A stretch of 60,237 nt of DNA, taken from Gemmatimonadales bacterium (GTDB taxonomy: Bacteria; Gemmatimonadota; Gemmatimonadetes; Gemmatimonadales; GWC2-71-9). The notes under the pieces were generated by a model. The model was not told where the DNA came from, made no database searches, and saw only the letters and a list, made by a program, of their open reading frames with translations. The position numbers and the translations under genes were made by a program. This document shows positions 52,811-60,237 of this stretch, one piece after another. Where the stretch lies: the NCBI GenBank assembly GCA_045803245.1, contig JBJMPK010000228.1:1-60237 (forward strand). The letters run 5' to 3'. Numbering within the stretch: the stretch's first letter is position 1; every line of letters starts with the position of its first letter.

Positions 52811-54019
52811 TCACCCTGACCGAGCGCAGAGGATCTCCTCCAACGCCTCGACCGCGGCATCGACCTCCTCCTTGGTATTGTAGTAATGCGGCGAGATCCG
52901 AAGCGCCGAGCTGGTTTTCTTCTCGTCCATGTCGATGACGGCGTCTTCCCGGTGAGGCGAGCTGGTATTGATGCCGCGGGCGCGGAGAGCGAGCTTGATC
53001 TCGTCGGTGTCCCTGTTCCTGACCGAAACCGTTACGATGGCGCAGAGCTCGGGGCCGCGGTCGAGAAGCCGAACTCCCGGCACGGCAGCCAGCCGTTGCC
53101 GGGCGTAGGTTGCCAGCTCGCGGGCTCGATCCCGCGCCACATCGAGCCCCACCTCGAGTGCGTAGCGCGCCGCTGCGCCGAGGCCGAGCACCAGGGCGTA
53201 AGGAGACTCCCAGGTCTCGAACCGCCGCGCATCCGGAGTCAGCTCAAACCGGTCGGGTTCGGTCCAGTTGGCACCGTGCATGTCGACCAGCAGCGGATAG
53301 GCGCCGGCGGATAGGGTATCATCGGACACGTACAAGAAGCCCACCCCCCGGGGTCCCCGCAGGAACTTGCGGGAGGTCGCCGCCAGGTAGTCGCAATGCA
53401 GACGCTGCACGTCGATCGGTATCTGACCGACGGCCTGGCACGCATCCACCAGATACCGGATTCCGGCATCACGGCAGATGCGGCCGACGAGCTCGACCGG
53501 CTGCACCAGCCCGGAGTTGGTCGGCACCCAGGTGAGCGCCACCAGGGCCGGCCTCCGGCGACTCACGATCTGCTTCACCGCGTCAGGGTCGACGCCCCCC
53601 TCCGAGGCATCCGGGGCTCGAATGATCTCTATCCCCCGGCGACGCGCGAGCGACAGGTACATGATCTGGTTAGAGGCGTAATCCGAGCGGCTGGTCAGCA
53701 GGACGTCGCCCGGCCGGAAGTCGATCGTCTGGATCGCCTGAGCAAAGGCTACGGTGGAATTCTGCATCAGGGCGATGTTCCGTGACTGCGTCTGGAGCAG
53801 GCCCGCCACCGCGGCATACGCCGCCTGGATCTCACCTTCCCGAGCGTCGGCGGCTTCGTAGCCACCCAGCTGTTCCTCCAGATCGAGGTGCTGGTTGATG
53901 GCTTCCCGAACCGGACGGGGTGCCAGTGCGGCGCCGGCGTTGTTGAGGTGCACCAGGCGATCGACACCCGGGGTGTCCGAGCGCCAGCGCGCAATTTCCG
54001 GAGTGATGGAAAGCGTCAT
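52811..54019 (-). CDS. Class V (PLP-dependent) aminotransferase / cysteine-desulfurase-like enzyme
   Basis: 402 aa. Fold-type I pattern with DACQAVGQIPIDV and SRKFLRGPRGVGFLY (PLP-Lys context). Confidence 0.75.
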   Translation of the reverse strand: MTLSITPEIARWRSDTPGVDRLVHLNNAGAALAPRPVREAINQHLDLEEQLGGYEAADAREGEIQAAYAAVAGLLQTQSRNIALMQNSTVAFAQAIQTIDFRPGDVLLTSRSDYASNQIMYLSLARRRGIEIIRAPDASEGGVDPDAVKQIVSRRRPALVALTWVPTNSGLVQPVELVGRICRDAGIRYLVDACQAVGQIPIDVQRLHCDYLAATSRKFLRGPRGVGFLYVSDDTLSAGAYPLLVDMHGANWTEPDRFELTPDARRFETWESPYALVLGLGAAARYALEVGLDVARDRARELATYARQRLAAVPGVRLLDRGPELCAIVTVSVRNRDTDEIKLALRARGINTSSPHREDAVIDMDEKKTSSALRISPHYYNTKEEVDAAVEALEEILCARSG

Positions 54020-54651
54020 GGTGCGATCCAGGCGCCGATCTCCTCGATCCCGCGGTGCCAGTGATGCCTGAAACGCTGCTCCGCCTCCGCGCGATCGCTT
54101 CGTCTCAGCGCTTCGATGATACGGGCATGGTGCTGGGTCGAAAGGGTTACCCGGCCGGCATCACGGAGATAGGCTCGCATGTACCGGCTTGGCACCTGCC
54201 AGAGGGTAGAGATCATAGCCAGCAACCGCGCATTGGGGCAGCCTTCCAGGAGAGTCCGGTGCCACTCCTCGTCCAGGCGGACCGAACGATCGATGTCGCC
54301 CCTGGTAGCCGCGAGCTCGCGATCGATCACGCTCAGCCGGGCCAAACGGTCGGACGGAATATCGCCGGAAAGCTCCAGGGCAAGACATTCGAGCGTCGAG
54401 AGGATGGCGCCGGTCTCTCGCATCTCTCCCGGATCCAACGCCCTGACCCTGAAACCCCGGCCCATATCGGCCTCGAGAACCCCCTCGCGCGACAAGCGCA
54501 GCAACGCCTCGCGTACCGGCGTCCGGCTGACCCCAAGTTGAGCCGCCACTTCGGTGTCTCGAACCCGGTTGCCGGCGGGGATCTCTCCCCGGTATATCTG
54601 GCCCAGGAGGTCCGAGTAGACTTGATCGCGCAGCGGGGTTCGGGTGATCAT
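54016..54651 (-). CDS. GntR-family transcriptional regulator with FCD domain
   Basis: Winged HTH (E.A.QLGVSRTPVREAL.RL..EG) plus a C-terminal FCD-like helical domain. Start at Met14 (54651) is preferred; the long start is 54690. Confidence 0.8.
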   Translation of the reverse strand: MITRTPLRDQVYSDLLGQIYRGEIPAGNRVRDTEVAAQLGVSRTPVREALLRLSREGVLEADMGRGFRVRALDPGEMRETGAILSTLECLALELSGDIPSDRLARLSVIDRELAATRGDIDRSVRLDEEWHRTLLEGCPNARLLAMISTLWQVPSRYMRAYLRDAGRVTLSTQHHARIIEALRRSDRAEAEQRFRHHWHRGIEEIGAWIAP

Positions 54652-54733
54652 TGGCGCCCTTGGTGGTAGTGAATGGTATTTTGTATACAATATTCCACGA
54701 CGCGCGTCAACCCATTACTCCCTTGGAGGATCC

Positions 54734-55636
54734 GTGGCTAAGTGGCTGGTAACAGTGGCATTGGCGATCGGGTCCGCGGCATCCTCCCTGGCAGCCCAAT
54801 CCGAACCCGCGCTCAAGGAATACTTCGAAGGAAAGACCGTTTCTCCCAAGCTGGCGATGCCAGGTACCGAGGATGGGGTGGATATCTATCCCGGAACCCC
54901 GCGGCCACTGGACTACCCCAAATACGCCGGCCGGCTGAAAGCCAATGGCACGGCCATCCGCGCAGGCGAGCCGGTGGTAGTCACCAAGATCAAAGTCAAA
55001 TCCAAGCTGGTCGAATTCCAGCTCGGTGGAGGTGGATATGGCACCTTCGGTGACGAGACCTCCAGCAACGTCAGTACGGCAGAGGCGCCGAAGACAAAAC
55101 GGGAGCAAAACCTGGAGGTGGATCTCAAGCGCGAGACCGATCCGGCTCGGAAGCGCGCGATGAAGGAGGAGCTGGACGACCTTAAGTCCGGACGGGAGCG
55201 CGAGAATGCGCGGAACCGGGCGAGCGTAGCCGAGGCCGAGGAGCACAGAAAGGAGAACGTGCGCCAGCGCCGGTTGGAGGGCGGCTCGCGGTTCAACATC
55301 CGGTACCCCGCTGGTGTACCGGCTGGAGGTCTGACCCCCGAGGGCATCATGACCGCGTTGGCCCAGTACGTAGAGTTCGGGGACATCCGGACCGCCGGGG
55401 GTGCTACGGAGCCGTCCACTCCGCTTCAGGCGGCCTCACCCGCCAGGAGTGGACTGCCACGCAAAGGAATGCTACTCCAGGATGTCGATGCCTCATTGGG
55501 CGCCCCTTCGGCGGCTAGCGAGCGGAAGGAAGGAACCCTGCGGGTCCAGACCCGCGAGTACACCACGCCGGATGGGCGAGTGACAGCCGAGTTCGTAGAA
55601 GGGGTCTTGATCCGCTATCGCATCACCTCGGAGTAG
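54734..55636 (+). CDS. Secreted hypothetical protein with central highly charged (K/E/R) segment
   Basis: GTG at 54734, preceded by GGAGGA. Signal peptide KWLVTVALAIGSAASSLAAQ. No domain recognised. Confidence 0.5.
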   Translation: MAKWLVTVALAIGSAASSLAAQSEPALKEYFEGKTVSPKLAMPGTEDGVDIYPGTPRPLDYPKYAGRLKANGTAIRAGEPVVVTKIKVKSKLVEFQLGGGGYGTFGDETSSNVSTAEAPKTKREQNLEVDLKRETDPARKRAMKEELDDLKSGRERENARNRASVAEAEEHRKENVRQRRLEGGSRFNIRYPAGVPAGGLTPEGIMTALAQYVEFGDIRTAGGATEPSTPLQAASPARSGLPRKGMLLQDVDASLGAPSAASERKEGTLRVQTREYTTPDGRVTAEFVEGVLIRYRITSE

Positions 55637-55637
55637 C

Positions 55638-56066
55638 TTATTCGAGTTTCGCATCCAGATCGAACTGGACGTTACCCTGCAGTGCCCCCGACACGGGGCA
55701 ACCCTTCTTGGCATCCTCCGCGGCCTTGGCGAACCCGCCCTGGTCCATCCCCGGGACCTTACCCCTCACCTCGAGTCGCATTCGGGTAATCTTGAAGCCG
55801 TCGCCGGCCTTCTCGATGGTGCATGAAGCCTTGGTCGCGATGCGGGTAGCCGGCGTACCACTCTTTTCCAACCCAGCGGACAACGCCATGCTGAGACAGG
55901 CGGCGTGGGCCGCCGCCAGGAGCTCCTCGGGATTGGTGCCCGTCGCGCCCTCGAAGCGGGTACGGAACGAGTAATCTCCCTCGAATGCACCGGAGCCGGC
56001 CTTGAAGTGACCCCGGCCGGCCCGGAGGCCGCCCTCCCACACTGCATTTGCGCTGCTGGTCGGCAT
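55638..56066 (-). CDS. osmC: OsmC-family peroxiredoxin
   Basis: 142 aa. TNPEELLAAAHAACLSMAL and KGCPVS carry the two conserved Cys contexts of OsmC. Confidence 0.85.
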   Translation of the reverse strand: MPTSSANAVWEGGLRAGRGHFKAGSGAFEGDYSFRTRFEGATGTNPEELLAAAHAACLSMALSAGLEKSGTPATRIATKASCTIEKAGDGFKITRMRLEVRGKVPGMDQGGFAKAAEDAKKGCPVSGALQGNVQFDLDAKLE

Positions 56067-56092
56067 GATTCTCTCCTGGATGTTTTGAATTC

Positions 56093-56581
56093 TCAGACGC
56101 TCCGAGCGGCGACCGGTACCGGGACCTGATTCAGGCCCAGCCAGTACCTACCAATAGCCTGTATGGCTGCCCGGAACTCCTCGTGTCGGACTGGTTTCTG
56201 AACGCAGCTATTGGCGCCGAGCTGGTAGCATTGAGCCAGCTCGCGGGGATCGTTGGATGAGGTAAGGACAACGACTGGCGCCATGCTGGTGCGGGCGTTG
56301 GCCCGCAGGGCACCGAGAACCTCTAAGCCGTCCACCTTGGGGAGCTTGAGGTTCAACAGCACCAGCCGGGGCACCGGCGCCCCGGAACGATGTCGAAAGG
56401 CGCCCCGGCCAAGAAGAAAGTCCAGCGCCTCCTCACCATCACGAACCACTTCTATCCGGCCGTCGGGATACAGCTCATGAAGCGGCTTGACTGTGAGCTC
56501 TACATCCAGCGCACTATCCTCGACCAGGAGGATGTCGGTAGGCAGCGCGACAGCGGGTAAGCGGGTAAGTTCGGCGCTCAC
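56093..56581 (-). CDS. Stand-alone CheY-like response regulator
   Basis: ILLVEDS, LVLLNLKLPKVDG and VQKP are receiver hallmarks. GTG start in a GTGA overlap with the kinase stop. Confidence 0.8.
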   Translation of the reverse strand: MSAELTRLPAVALPTDILLVEDSALDVELTVKPLHELYPDGRIEVVRDGEEALDFLLGRGAFRHRSGAPVPRLVLLNLKLPKVDGLEVLGALRANARTSMAPVVVLTSSNDPRELAQCYQLGANSCVQKPVRHEEFRAAIQAIGRYWLGLNQVPVPVAARSV

Positions 56582-56642
56582 GACGATGATGCGCCGTTAC
56601 TACCCACCTGCTTCCCCGCTTCCCCGCCGACCCGCTTACCTG
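56553..56642. repeat. Inverted octamer arrays (gcgggtaa x2) ... (cttccccg x2, ccgacccg, cttacctg) spanning the kinase/regulator junction
   Basis: Left arm 56553-56568, within the regulator 5' codons. Right arm 56611-56642, within the kinase 3' codons (AAAGKRVGGEAGKQVG). Confidence 0.85.
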
Positions 56643-59355
56643 CCGCCGCGCCCAGCGTCAGGTAAAACGTTGCCCCGGCATCCGGCTCCGATTCGGCCCA
56701 CACCCGGCCCCCGTGCTTCTGCGCGATCCGCTGAACCATCGCCAGGCCGGCGCCGTTGCCTTCGAACTCATCAGTCCGGTGCAGCCGCTGGAATACCCCA
56801 AACAGCTTTCCCGCATATGCCATCTTGAATCCGACGCCGTTGTCCTGAATGGCCAGCCCCACCTGTCCGTCGGCCTCGACTGAGCGGATCCGAATGGTCG
56901 CGTGCGGCCGTGGGCGGGTGAACTTGACTGCGTTCGCGAGGAGATTGCTGACCGCGATCTTCGTCAGCGCCGGGTCGCACTCGATGGTCGGAAGCTCCTC
57001 GATCTGCCAGTCGATCGAGCGGCCGTCGTCGGGAGACCGGAAGCCCTCTATCACATCCTCTACCAGTGTGGTCAGTCTGACTTCCCGGCGGAGCAAGTCC
57101 TGCCGGCCGATGCGTGACAATCCGATGAGGTCCTCGACCAGGCTCGCCATATGGTCGGCTGCCTGGTGGATCCGGGTGGCGTAATGGAGGCCTGCCGGGT
57201 CGAGCCGTTGGCTGGATTCATCGAGGAGCTGCCGGGAAAATCCGATCAGTTGCCGCAAGGGAGCACGCAAATCGTGCGACACCGAGTAGAGCAGGGTCTC
57301 CAGCTCGGCGGTGATGGCCCGGAACGCCGCTCCCCGATCGGCCAGGCGGCGTTCGAGATCAGCCCGTTGGCGGGAGAGCTCCTCCCGGAGCCGCGCCTGC
57401 TGAATGGCCACCGCAATAGGCGTTGCGATCTCCTGGGCAATGTCTCCATGCTCGGCGTTAAACTCCGACGGACGCGACCCTGCCAGCCGTATCTCTCCAA
57501 TGGCTTCGCCCTCCACCAGCAGAGGAACCGTAAGCACCGAGCGCAGCCCTTCCGCCAGCAGCAGCCGGAACATAGGTGCAGGGTCCTTCACGGCGCCGAG
57601 GTCTTCGATGTAACGGATGGTGCTATGGCGGAGCACCTCGACCGGAGCGATGTCGGTGAGCGGCATCGAGCTCGCCGGCAGGTGCGATCCACCCGCGTAC
57701 CCGGCAATCACCTGAGCCTGGCCGGAATCAAAGTCGAACAGCGTGACCGTACAGCGCTCGCAGGGGACCATCCGCCGCATTCTGGCCAATGCTGCTCGTC
57801 CGATTTCGGCAGGGGATCGGGCGGCCAGAATCGCTTGATCCATGTCGTGGAGCATGGTCAGGCGCTCGGCCGATCGGCGAAGCTGATCTTCCGCCTGTTT
57901 CCGTTCGGTGATGTCGGTGACCATCCCAACGGTGCCCACCAGCGCTCCATCCTTGCCAACGATAGCGCTCGACGAGACCAGCCCCCAGAGCTGGGTCCCA
58001 TCTCGCCGCCGGAAGCGCAGGTCCTGGCTCTGGTTCGAGCGCAAGCCCCGGCGAGTCCAGGTCCGCTGAGCGCCGGCGCGGGAATCGGCCTCCATGAAGT
58101 CGTAGACCGGCCGGCCCAGCAGGTCGCCATTGGTATAGCCCAGCAGGTCGGCCAAACGCTGGTTCACGTAGGTCATGACTCCCCGGTCATCGGCTACCCA
58201 GATCCCTTCCTGGGCCACATCGACCAGCTGTTTGAATCGTTGTTCGCTTTCCTGCAGTGCGCGGGTACGCTCCTCCAGCCGGGTCTGGCGTCCCTCGTAA
58301 GCCGCGGCGTGCCCCAGCGCGGCACCCATGAGGCCGCCCAGCAGACGTAGGGCCTTAGCATCCCGTTCCGAAAAGGCGTGGGGCTGGGGGGACACGACCT
58401 TGAGGACACCAAGCGTGCGGTGCTCGTCACGCAGCGGCACGACCAGGAGCGAACGGATTCCGAGCTCACGGTAATGAGGATGGTTCACCCGCGGGTCGTT
58501 GAAGGTGTCATCCGAACGCTGAAGCTCGCCGGTTTGGATTGAAATGCCGGACAGACTGGTGCTCAGCTTAAGCCGGGGAGCCTCGGTGCCGACGTGCACG
58601 ACGGGTACCAGGTCTTCACCCTCGACGACCTCGATGACCGCGCCGCTGGCTCCGGTCAGCGCGCTGCTGCGCTCGGTGATGACTCTCATGACGGTATCGG
58701 AATCGAGACCGGCCGCGGTGACCGCCTGCTCGACCTCGAGCACGGCCTGAAACAGCTCGGTATCGAGCCGCATCGCCTCTTCCGCGAGCTTGCGCTCGGT
58801 AATGTCGAACTCCGTGCCCATGTACCCGATCTGCCGGCCGGTCTCGTCCCGCATCGGCTCCCAGGAGCTGGAGCACCAGCGGGTCTGGCCGAACCGGGTA
58901 ACCACCCGGTACTCCTGGTCCCGGAGCGCGCCACCCTCTGCCAGACGGTCCCACTCGCCCAGGATCGCCGGCCGGTCTTCGGGATGGATGTAGGAGAGGA
59001 ACTCCTGGTCTCGCAGCTCCTCGTCGGGATACCCGGTGAGCCGCTCGAACGCCGGATTGATGAACTTGAGCCGCCGGTCCATGTCGTAGGCGATGACCGC
59101 CTCGCGCATGGTAGCCGTGACCGTCTGCAGCTGGCTGCGAACTTCTCCCCGTGAGCGCTCTGCCCGGCGGCGCCCGCGGTGTTCCCGCCAGAGAAGCGCC
59201 ACCAGGACGACGACCAGTCCGGCGCCGCCGGGTACCAGCAGATTATCGGGTATCTGGGTGAGTGGAACCACGAATCCTGCACGGGTTGTAGTCAGGAGTC
59301 GGGACTCGAGGCGTATGCTCCTGACCTCAGGCTCCCGACTACCCCGAAGATACAT
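56578..59355 (-). CDS. Sensor histidine kinase: TM anchor, PAS-GAF-PAS-GAF, HisKA, HATPase_c
   Basis: Start is set at Met54 (ATG 59355) so that the gene does not overlap the divergent transporter. H-box SHDLRAPL, N/G boxes (NLLANAVKF, DNGVGF, GNGAGLA). Two PAS (FERLTGY, LADLLGY) and two GAF-like segments. Confidence 0.8.
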   Translation of the reverse strand: MYLRGSREPEVRSIRLESRLLTTTRAGFVVPLTQIPDNLLVPGGAGLVVVLVALLWREHRGRRRAERSRGEVRSQLQTVTATMREAVIAYDMDRRLKFINPAFERLTGYPDEELRDQEFLSYIHPEDRPAILGEWDRLAEGGALRDQEYRVVTRFGQTRWCSSSWEPMRDETGRQIGYMGTEFDITERKLAEEAMRLDTELFQAVLEVEQAVTAAGLDSDTVMRVITERSSALTGASGAVIEVVEGEDLVPVVHVGTEAPRLKLSTSLSGISIQTGELQRSDDTFNDPRVNHPHYRELGIRSLLVVPLRDEHRTLGVLKVVSPQPHAFSERDAKALRLLGGLMGAALGHAAAYEGRQTRLEERTRALQESEQRFKQLVDVAQEGIWVADDRGVMTYVNQRLADLLGYTNGDLLGRPVYDFMEADSRAGAQRTWTRRGLRSNQSQDLRFRRRDGTQLWGLVSSSAIVGKDGALVGTVGMVTDITERKQAEDQLRRSAERLTMLHDMDQAILAARSPAEIGRAALARMRRMVPCERCTVTLFDFDSGQAQVIAGYAGGSHLPASSMPLTDIAPVEVLRHSTIRYIEDLGAVKDPAPMFRLLLAEGLRSVLTVPLLVEGEAIGEIRLAGSRPSEFNAEHGDIAQEIATPIAVAIQQARLREELSRQRADLERRLADRGAAFRAITAELETLLYSVSHDLRAPLRQLIGFSRQLLDESSQRLDPAGLHYATRIHQAADHMASLVEDLIGLSRIGRQDLLRREVRLTTLVEDVIEGFRSPDDGRSIDWQIEELPTIECDPALTKIAVSNLLANAVKFTRPRPHATIRIRSVEADGQVGLAIQDNGVGFKMAYAGKLFGVFQRLHRTDEFEGNGAGLAMVQRIAQKHGGRVWAESEPDAGATFYLTLGAAAGKRVGGEAGKQVGSNGASSS

Positions 59356-59422
59356 CTCTAGAGTCCTCGGGGCGAGGAGCGTCCCGCTGGCGGCTCCTTC
59401 CGGTACGGCATACTCTTCCCCG

Positions 59423-60237
59423 ATGGCCTTCCTCGACACCAAACAGGACCGCGCAGCCTTCCTGATCTTCGTGTTGGGGTTGGGTTTGGTGTGGGCGCTT
59501 TGGCCTTTCAGCACCGGGCTGGTCGGTGCCCCCGTCCTCTATGTGGTTTTCGCGCCGGTCCACCGCTGGCTGGCCCGGCGGATAAGCTCCCGGATTGCCG
59601 CCGGACTGGTCGTCCTCCTGGGAATCATCCTGGTTCTGGGCCCGGGCGCCGCCTTCGTTGGCGTGATTGCCGGGGAAGCCCAGGACATGGCGACCGGCGT
59701 GATTCGTAGCCCCCTTGTCGCCCGGCTCCGGGAGCTTCGTATCGGGCCCTACGACGTGGGCGCCCAGATCGAAGCGTTTGGATCCCGGATGCTCGCCTGG
59801 ATCGGGGCCAGTGCCCTGGGGCTGATCGGCACCGCCACCCGGCTCGGGATTCAGCTGACCATCTCGTTCTTTGGGCTCTTCTATCTCCTTCTGGCACCAG
59901 AGAGTACCTGGAAGAGTGTGCGGCCGTTCATCCCTTTCTCGGTCAAGAACGCGGAACGGCTGCGGGAGCGGTTCCGCGACGTTACCATCTCGACGCTTAT
60001 CGGGACCGGACTGACCGCGGCGGTGCAGGGGGTCCTTGTCGGGCTGGCCTTCTGGATGGCCGGCATCCCCAATGCCCTGTTCTGGGGTGTGGTGACGGTC
60101 ATCCTGGCCATCCTTCCGGTGGTTGGAAGCGGACTGGTCTGGGGGCCGGGAGCCCTGGCGTTGGCGATCGAAGGACGCTACGGCATGGCCATCGCCCTGA
60201 CGCTATGGGGCCTCGTTGTGGTAGGAAACGTCGATAA
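59423..60237 (+). CDS. AI-2E (PerM/UPF0118) family transporter, N-terminal part; runs off the right edge
   Basis: Not in the ORF track because it is open-ended. ATG at 59423, and the frame stays open to 60237. Translation MAFLDTKQDRAAFLIFVLGLGLVWALWPF...FFGLFYLLL...ALFWGVVTVILAILPVVGSGLVWGP matches the AI-2E family. Confidence 0.7.
   Translation, partial: MAFLDTKQDRAAFLIFVLGLGLVWALWPFSTGLVGAPVLYVVFAPVHRWLARRISSRIAAGLVVLLGIILVLGPGAAFVGVIAGEAQDMATGVIRSPLVARLRELRIGPYDVGAQIEAFGSRMLAWIGASALGLIGTATRLGIQLTISFFGLFYLLLAPESTWKSVRPFIPFSVKNAERLRERFRDVTISTLIGTGLTAAVQGVLVGLAFWMAGIPNALFWGVVTVILAILPVVGSGLVWGPGALALAIEGRYGMAIALTLWGLVVVGNVD

Noticed and set aside
14603-56642. Whether the repeat arrays could be CRISPR arrays or integron attC sites.
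   Set aside because: Units are only 7-8 nt and directly tandem, with no unique spacers. There are no cas genes, no integrase, no RYYYAAC/GTTRRRY core pairs, and the flanked genes are in mixed orientations.
1-60237. Mobile elements, prophage or genomic-island boundaries (tRNA, integrase, direct repeats, compositional shift).
   Set aside because: No transposase, integrase or phage genes or tRNA genes were found, and composition looks uniform by eye. A proper GC-skew and k-mer analysis was not possible without tools.

Overview
High-G+C bacterial chromosomal segment (G+C judged by eye, not computed). I recognised no rRNA, tRNA, CRISPR, transposase, integrase or phage genes. The phylum cannot be fixed from this window; gene content resembles Gemmatimonadota/Acidobacteriota-type soil bacteria (low confidence). 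Layout: (1) 1-11.1 kb, minus strand: one tightly packed, translationally coupled operon for tetrahydromethanopterin (H4MPT)/methanofuran-linked formaldehyde oxidation. Order is fae, internal terminator, mtd, two cofactor-type proteins, fhcB-A-D-C, mch, a tandem-EthD lipoprotein, a RimK/MptN-like ligase and a CitG-like gene. (2) 11.5-19.5 kb: a 1026-aa HExxH + PD40-propeller + Omp85-barrel outer-membrane protein, a DEAH helicase, a PAS/Fis regulator, an Omp85-like gene broken by an in-frame TAG, and a lipoprotein. (3) ispH and assorted metabolic genes. (4) 25-33.7 kb: a DNA-damage island with dnaE2, an alpha/beta hydrolase, tag, an opposite-strand qor, a catalytically dead Y-family imuB, a VOC protein and a SplB-like radical SAM enzyme; no imuA. 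(5) Housekeeping: greA + GroES-like, a caa3-type oxidase operon (ctaC-D-E-F, ctaG), fabI and beta-oxidation-type genes, a tesA-like/ABC module, GntR + aminotransferase, osmC, a PAS/GAF histidine kinase + receiver, and an AI-2E transporter. The most unusual signal is not a gene. More than 20 arrays of 7- or 8-nt GC-rich tandem repeats occur (GTGAGCG, GTGAACG, CCAATAG, CCCTAGA; CTTCCCCG-like, CCGTCCGC), commonly as inverted array pairs at gene borders. They donate stop and start codons and encode shared low-complexity protein tails. They also sit in frame inside dnaE2, imuB and the radical SAM gene, where the mRNA-sense strand satisfies the G-quadruplex rule. No classical defence or mobile system was recognised.
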